Source: Candidatus Omnitrophota bacterium (GTDB taxonomy: Bacteria > Omnitrophota > Gorgyraeia > B26-G9). Taken from it: a stretch of 64,000 nucleotides of DNA. Every line of letters begins with the position of its first letter. Within the stretch, counting starts at the first letter, position 1. The stretch is from NCBI GenBank assembly GCA_043805415.1, contig JAZDHZ010000034.1, positions 101,478 to 165,477 on the forward strand. The letters are read 5' to 3'. The translations under genes and the position numbers were made by a program. Below are positions 55,490-64,000 of the stretch, one piece after another. A model generated the notes under the pieces. That model saw nothing but the letters and a program-made list of their open reading frames with translations. It ran no database searches and had not been told where the DNA came from.

Positions 55490-55737
55490 CAGAAAGATTA
55501 TAAAGGATAATAACCGCGAGCTTGTTGTTAACCTAAATGGATATATTTTTTTTAGTGTAAATATCGCCTATTTTAAACAGGGAATATGGTGAGCAAAGAG
55601 TAAATTAAGTGCGGGAAATAAGGGGAAATCCCGGTTTATTTGCGCGATGTTTGTTTTCTACTGGAGAATAATAAGTTTGCATGATATAATACATTTTACA
55701 TAATAAAACTATGACAGATAATTAGTGAGCAGGATTT

Positions 55738-56805
55738 ATGCTTTTTAAGAAGAAAATAGAGATAATATTATTAGTAGTGCTTTTTTGTGTTTTATCAGGA
55801 TGTGCTGGTTCTCAAAAGGGGCTAAGGTTAAACAAGGACAAATATCGATCTATTGCTCAGGTTTGTGCTGATATTAATTTAACCTGGGATTGGGACGGTT
55901 TTTCCAATATTATCACTGTTAAAAATCTTAAAGTCAGCGCTAAGTTGTATCCGGGCAGCAGCTTAGTTCTCTATGATAATCAAGTATGTGATTTAAAAAG
56001 CCCGGTAATAATAGACCAGGGTATAATCAAGGTGCCAGCGTCTTTTGCTAGGTTGTTTGCTGGAAAAGTAGTGCCTTATAGAGAAACAAAAGCAAAGCCA
56101 AGCAATTTCAGTATTCGGAAAATTGTAATTGATCCTGGCCATGGATCCCAAGACCCCGGAGCGATTGGGACCAAAGGAATTCAGGAAAAAGATATTGTCC
56201 TGGATATTGCCCTGCGTTTAAAAAAAGAACTGGTTGCTGATGGAATGGAAGTTGTCTTAACCCGGCAAACAGATGTTTTTCATGCTTTGGAAAAAAGGGC
56301 GGAAATCGCTAATCAGGCAAAAGCGGATTTTTTTATCAGCATCCATGCTAATGCCGCGGAAGCAAAATCCGCCAATGGCTTTGAGGCCTACTTTTTATCA
56401 ACAGCTTATGATGATTTTAGCAAAGCCGTGCAGATCAGGGAAAACGCGGTTATTAAATATGAAGAAAACGCGGATTATAATAAAGCCGATGACTTAAATG
56501 CCACGCTTTGGGATATGATCTTGTCGGAAAATAGAATCGAGTCAATTGAAATGGCAAACTCGATTGCCGAAGAATTAAGAAAAAGCTTAAAGTTAAGAAC
56601 CCGCTTTGTAAAAGGCGCGAAGTTTTTAGTGTTAAAAGGAACGCGGATGCCGGCGGTATTACTGGAAGCCGGGTATTTGAGTAATCCGGAAGAAGGGGCG
56701 AAATTAAATAACCCTTATTATCGTCAGATGCTTGCTGAGTCAATTGCTCAGGGAATTATAAGTTATAAAAAAATGTTTGAACTAAGTGATGGGTTTAGCA
56801 GATGA
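55738..56805 (+). CDS. amiC: N-acetylmuramoyl-L-alanine amidase (Amidase_3, AmiC-like) lipoprotein
   Basis: Lipobox LSGCAG. Catalytic domain IVIDPGHGSQDPGAIG...FFISIHANA...LLEAGYLSN is typical of the zinc amidase family. Confidence 0.8.
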   Translation: MLFKKKIEIILLVVLFCVLSGCAGSQKGLRLNKDKYRSIAQVCADINLTWDWDGFSNIITVKNLKVSAKLYPGSSLVLYDNQVCDLKSPVIIDQGIIKVPASFARLFAGKVVPYRETKAKPSNFSIRKIVIDPGHGSQDPGAIGTKGIQEKDIVLDIALRLKKELVADGMEVVLTRQTDVFHALEKRAEIANQAKADFFISIHANAAEAKSANGFEAYFLSTAYDDFSKAVQIRENAVIKYEENADYNKADDLNATLWDMILSENRIESIEMANSIAEELRKSLKLRTRFVKGAKFLVLKGTRMPAVLLEAGYLSNPEEGAKLNNPYYRQMLAESIAQGIISYKKMFELSDGFSR

Positions 56806-57611
56806 ATGATCCAAGGCCAATTGGAATTTTTGATTCAGGAATGGGCGGGTTGACTGTGGTTAAAGAAGTCATGCGCAATCTTCCCAATGAAAAGATTGTT
56901 TATTTCGGCGATACAGCGCGGGTGCCTTATGGTCCGAAATCCAAAGAAACAGTTATCCGCTTTTCGATTGAAAATATTTTATTTTTGCTGAAAAATAATG
57001 TAAAACTGATTATTGTCGCCTGTAATACCGCCTCGAGCGTAGCTTTATCGGCTATAGAGAAAAACTTTAAAGTGCCGATAATGGGAGTAATCGAGCCCGG
57101 GGTCAGTGAAGCAATCCGGATAACGAAAAATAAACGCATTGGGATCATCGGCACAAAAACCACGGTTAATAGTCTGGCTTATGAAAAACAAATAAAAAAA
57201 ATTGACCCCAGGATCAAAGTTTATAGCAGCGCCTGTCCTTTATTTGTGCCTTTGGTTGAAGAAGGCTGGCTTAAGACAAAGATCACCAAAGAGATTGTGG
57301 CTAAGTACTTATTGCCGCTTAAAAACAAAAATATTGATACAATTGTTCTGGGATGCACGCATTATCCCTTGCTTAAACCAGTGATAAAAGATGTTTTAGG
57401 GCCAAACGTTAAGCTGATTGACTCAGCAAGACAAGTAGCTTATCAAGCAAAATACATTCTTGAAACCCAGGGTTTATTAACAACTAAAAAAAATACTAAG
57501 CAACCCAATGTTTATTTTTATGTCAGTGATGAACCTGACAATTTTGCCCATCAGGGTCAAAAATTCCTTGGTTTTGCCTTGAAAAATGTAAGGAAGGTAG
57601 CTAATGTTTGA
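56802..57611 (+). CDS. murI: Glutamate racemase
   Basis: IGIFDSGMGGLTVVKEV, VYFGDTARVPYG, IIVACNTAS (Cys1), VLGCTHYPLL (Cys2). 4-nt overlap with the amidase gene. Confidence 0.85.
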   Translation: MNDPRPIGIFDSGMGGLTVVKEVMRNLPNEKIVYFGDTARVPYGPKSKETVIRFSIENILFLLKNNVKLIIVACNTASSVALSAIEKNFKVPIMGVIEPGVSEAIRITKNKRIGIIGTKTTVNSLAYEKQIKKIDPRIKVYSSACPLFVPLVEEGWLKTKITKEIVAKYLLPLKNKNIDTIVLGCTHYPLLKPVIKDVLGPNVKLIDSARQVAYQAKYILETQGLLTTKKNTKQPNVYFYVSDEPDNFAHQGQKFLGFALKNVRKVANV

Positions 57612-57972
57612 AATCAGCGTGATTATGGATTTTAGCGCGGCGCATAATTTAAGAGATTATAAAGGCAAGTGTGAGAATCTGCATGGACATAACTGGCAGG
57701 TAGAAGCGGTTTTTGCCGCAGAACAGCTGGCTAAAGGCGATATGGTAATGGATTTTAATGCGGCAAAGAAAATGCTGAAAAAGCTGCTGCAGTATTTTGA
57801 CCATGGCTATATTAATGAAACTGAATATTTTAAAAAATATAACCCGACTTCGGAAAACATTGCCAAATTTATTTTTCAAACTCTGGTTAAAAAAGTAAAA
57901 AAATATAAATGTATTGTTAAGCAAGTTAGCGTTTGGGAAAGCCCGCGGAGTAAAGCAACATACTACGAGTAA
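57604..57972 (+). CDS. queD: 6-carboxy-5,6,7,8-tetrahydropterin synthase
   Basis: MFEISVIMDFSAAHNLRDYKGKCENLHGHNWQVEAVF (Cys...HxH zinc triad, PTPS fold); size 122 aa. Confidence 0.85.
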   Translation: MFEISVIMDFSAAHNLRDYKGKCENLHGHNWQVEAVFAAEQLAKGDMVMDFNAAKKMLKKLLQYFDHGYINETEYFKKYNPTSENIAKFIFQTLVKKVKKYKCIVKQVSVWESPRSKATYYE

Positions 57973-58002
57973 TGGGGATTACTCGTAAATGACAAATTAC
58001 AA

Positions 58003-58692
58003 ATGACAAATTACAAATTCAAAAAAAACAGAAAAAAGAAGGCTGTTGTTCTATTGTCCGGAGGATTGGATTCTTCGGTCAGCTTGTATTATGCCTTAAG
58101 TAAAGGTTATGAGGCGCATTGCCTGACTTTTGATTATGGCCAAAGGCATAAAAAAGAGATTGAGTTAGCGCGGCAAATCGCCAAAAAAGCGAAAAGTAAA
58201 TGGCAGCTGGTAAAAATCGCGTTGCCCTGGAAAGGCTCATCTTTACTGGATCGAAAACAAAAGATTCCCCAGCAGAGAAAAATTGACGCGGCAGTGCCAT
58301 CGACTTATGTTCCGGCAAGAAATATTATTTTCTTAAGTTTTGCCGCCTCTTTTGCTGAGAGCGTAAATGCCCAGGCGATTTTTATCGGCGCAAATGAAAT
58401 TGATTATTCCGGTTATCCTGATTGCCGGGAGGAATTTTTAAATGCTTTTTCCCTGGCTTTGGAAAAAGGCACAAAATGCGGAATACAGGGATTTAAGACG
58501 AGAATTCGCGCTCCCCTGGTTAAAAAGAATAAACAGCAGATTGTGAAATTAGCTGTGCGTTTAGGAGTGCCGCTGGAATTAACCTGGTCTTGTTATCTGG
58601 GCGGTAAAAAACCCTGCGGCGTGTGTGACAGTTGCCGTTTGCGGCAAAAGGGTTTTGCCCAAGCAAAAACGAAAGACCCGGCAGGATGTTAA
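58003..58692 (+). CDS. queC: 7-cyano-7-deazaguanine synthase
   Basis: AVVLLSGGLDSSV PP-loop and C-terminal Zn site CGVCDSCRLR. Confidence 0.85.
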   Translation: MTNYKFKKNRKKKAVVLLSGGLDSSVSLYYALSKGYEAHCLTFDYGQRHKKEIELARQIAKKAKSKWQLVKIALPWKGSSLLDRKQKIPQQRKIDAAVPSTYVPARNIIFLSFAASFAESVNAQAIFIGANEIDYSGYPDCREEFLNAFSLALEKGTKCGIQGFKTRIRAPLVKKNKQQIVKLAVRLGVPLELTWSCYLGGKKPCGVCDSCRLRQKGFAQAKTKDPAGC

Positions 58693-59366
58693 AAGCTAAA
58701 ATATCGGAAATATTTTTTAGTCTTCAGGGCGAAGGGATTTACGCCGGCACGGCGCATGTTTTTATCCGGTTTTTCGGCTGTAATATTAAGTGTCGATATT
58801 GCGACACAAATAAAAACAGTTTTAAAGAATATAGTGTTGCCCAACTGATTGCCCGGGTCCGGAAACTAGTAAAAGAGCATAAGGCAAAGTATATTACCCT
58901 AACCGGCGGCGAACCGCTTTTACAAGCTGATTTCATTAATCGGTTTTTAATTAAATCGCAATCAAATAAAACTCGGATTTATCTGGAAACAAATGGGCTG
59001 CTGTGTTCTGAGTTTTTAAAAATAAAAAATCAGGTTGATCTTGTGGCAATGGATTTTAAGCTGCCTGGGGCAACCGGGCTGAGTGATTTTTGGGCTGAGC
59101 ATGAGCGGTTTTTAAAATTATGCAAACCAAAGTCGGTATTTATTAAAGCAGTTATCAGTCTGAAAACAAAAGCAGCGGAAATAAAAAAAGCAGCGGAATT
59201 AATCAGCCAGGTAAATAAGGATATAGTTTTGGTATTACAGCCAAATCATGATGAATTATCTCCTGAGCTGATAAAAAAAGCCATGCTTTGGCAAACAAAT
59301 AGCCAGCAGTATTTAACTGATGTCAGAGTAATTCCGCAGATGCATAAACTTATAGGAGTCCGTTAA
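58686..59366 (+). CDS. queE: 7-carboxy-7-deazaguanine synthase (radical SAM)
   Basis: ISEIFFSLQGEGIYAGTAHVFIRFFGCNIKCRYCDT (CxxxCxxC with the QueE-type N-terminus). I chose the ATG at 58686, which overlaps the queC stop by 7 nt. Confidence 0.85.
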   Translation: MLKAKISEIFFSLQGEGIYAGTAHVFIRFFGCNIKCRYCDTNKNSFKEYSVAQLIARVRKLVKEHKAKYITLTGGEPLLQADFINRFLIKSQSNKTRIYLETNGLLCSEFLKIKNQVDLVAMDFKLPGATGLSDFWAEHERFLKLCKPKSVFIKAVISLKTKAAEIKKAAELISQVNKDIVLVLQPNHDELSPELIKKAMLWQTNSQQYLTDVRVIPQMHKLIGVR

Positions 59367-59779
59367 TGAAAAAGCAAACACAAAAGAAAAGCTTGTATGA
59401 GAATCTGCAAAAAGACATTCGCGACTTAAAACTGCCGGATATTGAAGTTTGGCAGAATATGTACGCGGATAAAGATTATTTGATTCAAATGGATGTGCCG
59501 GAATTTACCTGTATCTGTCCCAAAACCGGATTGCCGGATTTTGCTAAGATCACGATCGCGTACACTCCGGATAAATCCTGTCTTGAGTTAAAATCATTCA
59601 AGCTGTATATTAATGCCTATCGTGATGTCGGGATTTTTCATGAACATGTGGTTAACAAGATCTTAGATGATTTAGTCATAGCTTGTAAACCCCGTTCAAT
59701 CAGCGTTAAGGGTGAATTTAATCTCCGCGGGGGAATTAAAACCAGTGTCTCGGCTGAGTATAAAACAAGGAAAAAATAA
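59366..59779 (+). CDS. queF: NADPH-dependent 7-cyano-7-deazaguanine reductase (YkvM-type, single domain)
   Basis: EFTCICPKTGLPDFAKITIAYTPDKSCLELKSFKLYINAYRD carries the QueF motif with catalytic Cys and E(S/L)K(S/A)hK(L/Y). Confidence 0.85.
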   Translation: MKKQTQKKSLYENLQKDIRDLKLPDIEVWQNMYADKDYLIQMDVPEFTCICPKTGLPDFAKITIAYTPDKSCLELKSFKLYINAYRDVGIFHEHVVNKILDDLVIACKPRSISVKGEFNLRGGIKTSVSAEYKTRKK

Positions 59780-59783
59780 TAGG

Positions 59784-60623
59784 ATGAGAAAAATATCATC
59801 TGAATTAATTAAAAATAAAGTGACAAAACTGGCTATTGAGGCAAATACCAAATTGCGTTCAGACGTATTGGTATTGCTTAAAAAAGCATTATTAAAAGAA
59901 GACCGGGCTTTATCCAAAAAAGCGATTGCCGCGATTATTGAAAATGCCAGGATTGCTTTAAGCCGGAAATTGGCGATTTGCCAGGATACCGGCATGCCGG
60001 TAGTATTTGTCGAAATGGGAAGCAATGTTTATATTAAAGATAATATTAATCAGCTTATCACTCAAGGCATAAGCCTGGGCTATAAGCAGGGCGGCTTAAG
60101 GGCATCGATTCAAAAAGATCCGATATTCAGACAAAGTAAATTAGCTTATGACCCGATTATTACGCATATTGATATTGTAAAAGGGGATAAACTTAAAATA
60201 ACTGTTTTGCCTAAAGGATTTGGCAGCGAAAATAAAGCGCAGGTTAAAATGCTCAATCCCACTGCTTCTATCGCGGAGATTGAGGATTTTATTGTTCAGG
60301 CTGTGAAAGTTGCCGGAGCTGGAGCTTGTCCGCCTTATATTATCGGCGTGGGCATTGGCGGCACTCAGGATTATGCTTGTTTGCTGGCAAAAAAAGCATT
60401 ATTAAAACCAATTACAGCTAGAAACAGGAATAAAGAATTAGCGGGATTAGAGCAAAGCTTACTTGAAAAAATCAATAAACTTGATATCGGGCCATTTGGC
60501 TTTGGGGGTAAGGCAACCGCGCTTAAAGTAAATATTTTAACTTATCCCACGCATATAGCAGGATTGCCGGTCAGCGTTAATATCAGCTGTCATGCTTTGC
60601 GCAGCGCGAGTATTATTATTTAA
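59784..60623 (+). CDS. fumA: Fe-S hydro-lyase, tartrate/fumarate family, alpha subunit (class I fumarate hydratase N-terminal-type)
   Basis: CQDTGMPVVFVEMG matches the class I fumarase / TtdA alpha region. I chose the ATG at 59784 after the queF stop. Confidence 0.7.
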   Translation: MRKISSELIKNKVTKLAIEANTKLRSDVLVLLKKALLKEDRALSKKAIAAIIENARIALSRKLAICQDTGMPVVFVEMGSNVYIKDNINQLITQGISLGYKQGGLRASIQKDPIFRQSKLAYDPIITHIDIVKGDKLKITVLPKGFGSENKAQVKMLNPTASIAEIEDFIVQAVKVAGAGACPPYIIGVGIGGTQDYACLLAKKALLKPITARNRNKELAGLEQSLLEKINKLDIGPFGFGGKATALKVNILTYPTHIAGLPVSVNISCHALRSASIII

Positions 60624-60647
60624 ATTAAAAAACTGATATAGGATAAA

Positions 60648-61178
60648 ATGAATAAATTAAATGTAAGTTTAACCAAAGAAAGCATAAAAGACCTGGTTGT
60701 CGGTCAGGAAATTCTGTACACTGGAGTTTTATATACAGCCCGCGATCAGGCGCATAAGCGTTTGATTGAGCTGATTGATACAGGTAAAAAACTCCCTTTT
60801 GATATTCAGGATAAAATAATTTATTACTGCGGTCCGACTCTTGGCCTGAAAGGCCAGATAGTGGGTTCCTGCGGGCCGACAACTTCCAGCCGCATGGATA
60901 TGTTTACTCCCAGGCTTTTGGAAAACGGATTATTAGCCACTGTGGGCAAAGGAGAGCGGTCGCTTGAGGTTATTAACGCGATCAAAAAAAACAAGTCAGT
61001 TTATTTTTCCACTTATGCCGGCTGCGGCGCGCTTTTAGCTCAATATGTGATAAAAAAACAGCTGGTTTGTTTTAAAGACTTAGGCGCGGAAGCTGTTTTC
61101 GCGTTTACGGTCAAAGATTTTCCATTAATTGTGGCCATTGATTCCAAGGGGGGTAATATTTATGCCAAGAACAGCTAA
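60648..61178 (+). CDS. fumB: Fe-S hydro-lyase, tartrate/fumarate family, beta subunit
   Basis: [18 protein letters not shown] matches the conserved beta-subunit start (GxIYTARDAAHK). Confidence 0.7.
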   Translation: MNKLNVSLTKESIKDLVVGQEILYTGVLYTARDQAHKRLIELIDTGKKLPFDIQDKIIYYCGPTLGLKGQIVGSCGPTTSSRMDMFTPRLLENGLLATVGKGERSLEVINAIKKNKSVYFSTYAGCGALLAQYVIKKQLVCFKDLGAEAVFAFTVKDFPLIVAIDSKGGNIYAKNS

Positions 61179-61896
61179 AAAAAAGCCGGATGCTTTGCGC
61201 AAGGTTTGCATTACCCGAAATTATATGAAATATGCCGAGGGTTCCTGTTTGATTGAAGTCGGCAATACAAAAGTTATCTGCACTGCTTCGGTTGAAGATA
61301 AAGTGCCGGCTTTTTTGCGGGATAAAGGTACCGGCTGGATAACTGCCGAGTACTCAATGCTGCCCAGATCCTGTCTTACCCGCAGTCCGCGGGAATCAAG
61401 CAAAGGCAAGGTCGGCGGCCGGACGCATGAAATTCAGCGCTTGATCGGCAGATCGCTGCGCACAGTAGTTGATTTAAAAAAATTAGGAGAACGCACGATT
61501 TGGATTGATTGTGATGTTATTCAAGCAGACGGCGGCACACGCACAGCCAGTATTACCGGCAGTTTTGTCGCGCTGGTAGATGCTTTATACGCTTTGCAGA
61601 AAGCAGGCAAAATACAGTTATTTCCAGTAAAGAAATATGTCGCGGCAACTAGTGTCGGGATTGTTGCCGGAACGCCGACATTAGACCTTGATTATGAGCA
61701 GGATTCTAACGCTGATGTGGATATGAATGTTGTCATGACCTCATCCGGAGAATTCATCGAACTGCAGGGAACAGCAGAGCGCGTGCCGTTTAATCAAAAG
61801 CAGCTTATCCAATTAACCAAACTGGCGAAAAAAGGCATTGATAAACTGATCAAGCTGCAGAAAAAAGCCTTGGATGATTTACCATTTAACATATAG
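61162..61896 (+). CDS. rph: Ribonuclease PH
   Basis: [35 protein letters not shown]...[16 protein letters not shown]...[19 protein letters not shown] is typical of RNase PH. The ATG at 61162 overlaps the upstream gene by 17 nt. Confidence 0.85.
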   Translation: MPRTAKKKPDALRKVCITRNYMKYAEGSCLIEVGNTKVICTASVEDKVPAFLRDKGTGWITAEYSMLPRSCLTRSPRESSKGKVGGRTHEIQRLIGRSLRTVVDLKKLGERTIWIDCDVIQADGGTRTASITGSFVALVDALYALQKAGKIQLFPVKKYVAATSVGIVAGTPTLDLDYEQDSNADVDMNVVMTSSGEFIELQGTAERVPFNQKQLIQLTKLAKKGIDKLIKLQKKALDDLPFNI

Positions 61897-62083
61897 AATA
61901 ATTATTAATGACAAGTTATGAATTATGAGTTTAAAAATAAAGAAGGTAAAAGTATTCAGCATATATAAAAAATTAAAAAACGCGCAAACACGATAACTCT
62001 AAAACTTTTTGTTATCAATTTGACTATAGACTATTAGCTATTAACTGTGATCTGGCAACCGGTGAACTGGAGAACTCTTAGAA

Positions 62084-62713
62084 ATGGAAGTTATCGTATC
62101 AACGAGAAATAAAAATAAGTTTCAGGAAATAAGCAAGATCTTATCTGATGCCAAGATCAAAGCGCTTAACTTGCAAGGATTTCCGCTTGCGCCTAAAAGA
62201 ATAAAAGAAGACGGCGATACTTTTAGCGCTAATGCTTGTATCAAAGCTTTAAAAATTGCCCGCAGTACCAAGCGGTTAACCGTGGCAGATGATTCGGGTT
62301 TGGAAGTAAAATCCTTAGCCGGCGCTCCCGGGGTTTATTCCGCGAGATTTTCCGGACAAGGGGCTACCTATCAATCAAATAATACTAAATTGCTGAAACT
62401 TTTAAACCATTTGCCGAATAAAAAGGACCGCAAGGCCAGGTTTGTCTGCGCTGTGGCGATTGCCGATGCTAAGGGGATTATTGCTGTAGTCGAAGGAATT
62501 TGCCCTGGCTATATCGCTCTGGAAGAAAAAGGGACAAAAGGATTTGGCTATGATCCATTGTTTGAAGTCAGCCGATATAAAAAAACATTCGCTCAATTGA
62601 GTCCTAAGCTTAAAAACCAAATAAGCCATCGGGCAAAAGCGTTTGCCAAAGCAAAAAAAGTTGTTCTGAGATATATCAATAAAGCTCAAAGAACAAATAA
62701 AATTTTTACTTAG
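62084..62713 (+). CDS. rdgB: Non-canonical purine NTP pyrophosphatase (RdgB/Ham1)
   Basis: VIVSTRNKNKFQEISKIL..., ADDSGLEV, GFGYDPLFE, SHRAKAF motifs. Classic rph-rdgB pair. Confidence 0.85.
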   Translation: MEVIVSTRNKNKFQEISKILSDAKIKALNLQGFPLAPKRIKEDGDTFSANACIKALKIARSTKRLTVADDSGLEVKSLAGAPGVYSARFSGQGATYQSNNTKLLKLLNHLPNKKDRKARFVCAVAIADAKGIIAVVEGICPGYIALEEKGTKGFGYDPLFEVSRYKKTFAQLSPKLKNQISHRAKAFAKAKKVVLRYINKAQRTNKIFT

Positions 62714-62730
62714 TCTGGAAAGGTGATTTC

Positions 62731-64000
62731 ATGAAACTGTATTACCGCTTATTAAAAAACTTTATTGGGCCGCACTTATTCACATTGGGGCTTTCGGTGC
62801 TGTTTATGTTTTTATCAGCTATTTTTGACAGCGCGTCCTTAACTATGCTCGTTCCTTTAAGTGATAAAGTTCTTGGACAAAATAAGATTGTTTTTGATAA
62901 GCCGCTGCCGGAGTTTTTGGCAAAAATTGTTGAACAGATAAATGAAACTCCTCCTTTAGAAATGCTGAATATAATTGTAGTTATAATTCTAGTGGTATTT
63001 ATCTTAAAGGGAATATTTTCTTTTGGCCGGACATATTTAGTAACTAAATTAAGTCAATTGGTTATTCGGGATATTAGAGATACGATTTACCGAAAAATAC
63101 AGAATTTTTCTCTGGATTATTTTACCCAAAGCGTTACCGGGCATTTGGTTTCCCGGATTACTTATGATGTTGATATTTTAAAAGGCACAATATCCGTTGG
63201 CTTGACAATGATCTACAATTGCCTGACCATGGTTTTTTTGGCAGCGATTGTATTTTATATAAATTGGAAATGGGCGCTGATGTCCGTGGCGCTTGTGCCT
63301 TTAGTTGCTTGGCCAATTGTTAGCATCGGACGGATGATAAAGAAAATCAGTACGCAAGCGCAGGAAAAAATGGGAGATTTAAATCGGAAATTATTTGAAA
63401 CAATTTCCGGAGTGAGAATTGTAAAAGCTTTTTCCATGGAAGATAAGGAAATTATTAAAGTCGGTAATCATAATCTTTCTTTTTATAAAATAATGATGAG
63501 ACTGGAAAAAAGGTCTCAAATCCTTGGGCCGTTTACTGAATTTATCGGTGCCTGTGGCGGTCTGGCTTTTCTTTATTATGGAGGCAGGAGTGTTATTAAC
63601 GGCAATATGTCTTTTGGAATTTTTGTGCTTTTTCTTACTGCTTTATTGTCATTAATTAAGCCGTTTAGGCGATTAAGTGAAATCCACAGCATAAATCAAC
63701 AGGGCTTGGCAGCGGCAAAAAGGGTTTTTGATGTTTTAGATTCGCCGATAAAAGTAGCGGAAGCTAAAAACGCGATCAAATTGCCGGGGTTTAAAAAGGA
63801 TTTGGTGTTTACCAACGTGAGTTTTGGTTATGACGAAACAATGATTTTAAATCAGATTAATTTAACCGTAAGCAAAGGTGATATTATTGGCTTGGTGGGA
63901 GCCAGCGGTGTGGGAAAAACTACTTTAGTTAATTTAATCCCCAGATTCTATGACCCGACTCAAGGTTCAATAAAGCTGGATGGAATAGACATAAAGGATG
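62731..64000 (+). CDS. msbA: ABC exporter, fused permease-ATPase (MsbA/lipid A exporter-like); 3' end lies outside the window
   Basis: Six-TM ABC-exporter N-domain, then Walker A GASGVGKTTLVNLIPRFYDP at the window edge. The ORF is open to the end of the window. AAAGGTGA RBS. Confidence 0.7.
   Translation, partial: MKLYYRLLKNFIGPHLFTLGLSVLFMFLSAIFDSASLTMLVPLSDKVLGQNKIVFDKPLPEFLAKIVEQINETPPLEMLNIIVVIILVVFILKGIFSFGRTYLVTKLSQLVIRDIRDTIYRKIQNFSLDYFTQSVTGHLVSRITYDVDILKGTISVGLTMIYNCLTMVFLAAIVFYINWKWALMSVALVPLVAWPIVSIGRMIKKISTQAQEKMGDLNRKLFETISGVRIVKAFSMEDKEIIKVGNHNLSFYKIMMRLEKRSQILGPFTEFIGACGGLAFLYYGGRSVINGNMSFGIFVLFLTALLSLIKPFRRLSEIHSINQQGLAAAKRVFDVLDSPIKVAEAKNAIKLPGFKKDLVFTNVSFGYDETMILNQINLTVSKGDIIGLVGASGVGKTTLVNLIPRFYDPTQGSIKLDGIDIKD

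Noticed and set aside
57961-58002. preQ1 riboswitch upstream of the que genes
   Set aside because: The queD-queC intergenic hairpin has a 6-nt loop (TGGGGA) and does not match the preQ1-I consensus (loop UUCUAGCUACA plus A-rich tail pseudoknot). queD overlaps murI, so no 5' leader is available there. No preQ1-II/III-like structure was recognised by eye.

Overview
This 64 kb window is AT-rich bacterial DNA using the standard genetic code (TGA, TAA and TAG all act as stops; Trp is TGG). Gene order is almost entirely co-directional: the only minus-strand gene is a GAF-GGDEF gene at 21658-22851, and it is broken by a single in-frame TAA. Recognisable housekeeping genes are rsgA, a YaiI/UPF0178 gene, smc, hemW, tRNA-Leu(GAG), smpB plus tmRNA (ssrA), and a tight block running amiC-like amidase, murI, queD-queC-queE-queF, a two-subunit class I fumarase, rph, rdgB and the 5' part of an MsbA-like ABC exporter. 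Between these lie accessory genes that dominate the window. The most striking is a paralogous family of five giant predicted-secreted proteins (about 1642, 1340, 1100, 2986 and 780 aa). All five share a distinctive N-terminal leader (basic K/R N-region, then a hydrophobic core of the form L.Q.FL...F[AS]WA), and a short (S/T)T[LI][SA]P.[hydrophobic].[hydrophobic] motif a few to about 22 residues downstream. Their cargo is wildly different. One carries a complete GH77 amylomaltase. One carries two CBM25-like starch-binding modules plus a GH13-like signature. One carries a Pol-beta nucleotidyltransferase motif. One carries a methyltransferase plus HEAT repeats. The 2986-aa protein strings together a lytic-transglycosylase-like segment, an HExxH motif, a uridine-kinase-like P-loop, an HD domain, a cNMP-binding domain and two GGDEF modules. 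The same LSP-type motif recurs just after the signal peptides of four smaller hypothetical secreted proteins, so I read it as a candidate novel sorting or processing signal. Other oddities follow. The SMC condensin carries an inserted AMPK-beta/CBM48-type glycogen-binding module right after its hinge. A class D beta-lactamase gene is present only as its 3' half. A strand-specific intrinsic terminator of about 45 nt recurs three times nearly identically. Two related structured leader RNAs with compensatory stem changes sit upstream of two secreted-protein genes. Several near-consensus TTGnnn-17-TGgTATAaT promoters are visible. There is a G9 homopolymer in a 5'UTR and short AAATGACAAAT-type repeat arrays. 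I saw no transposase, integrase, CRISPR array or rRNA.
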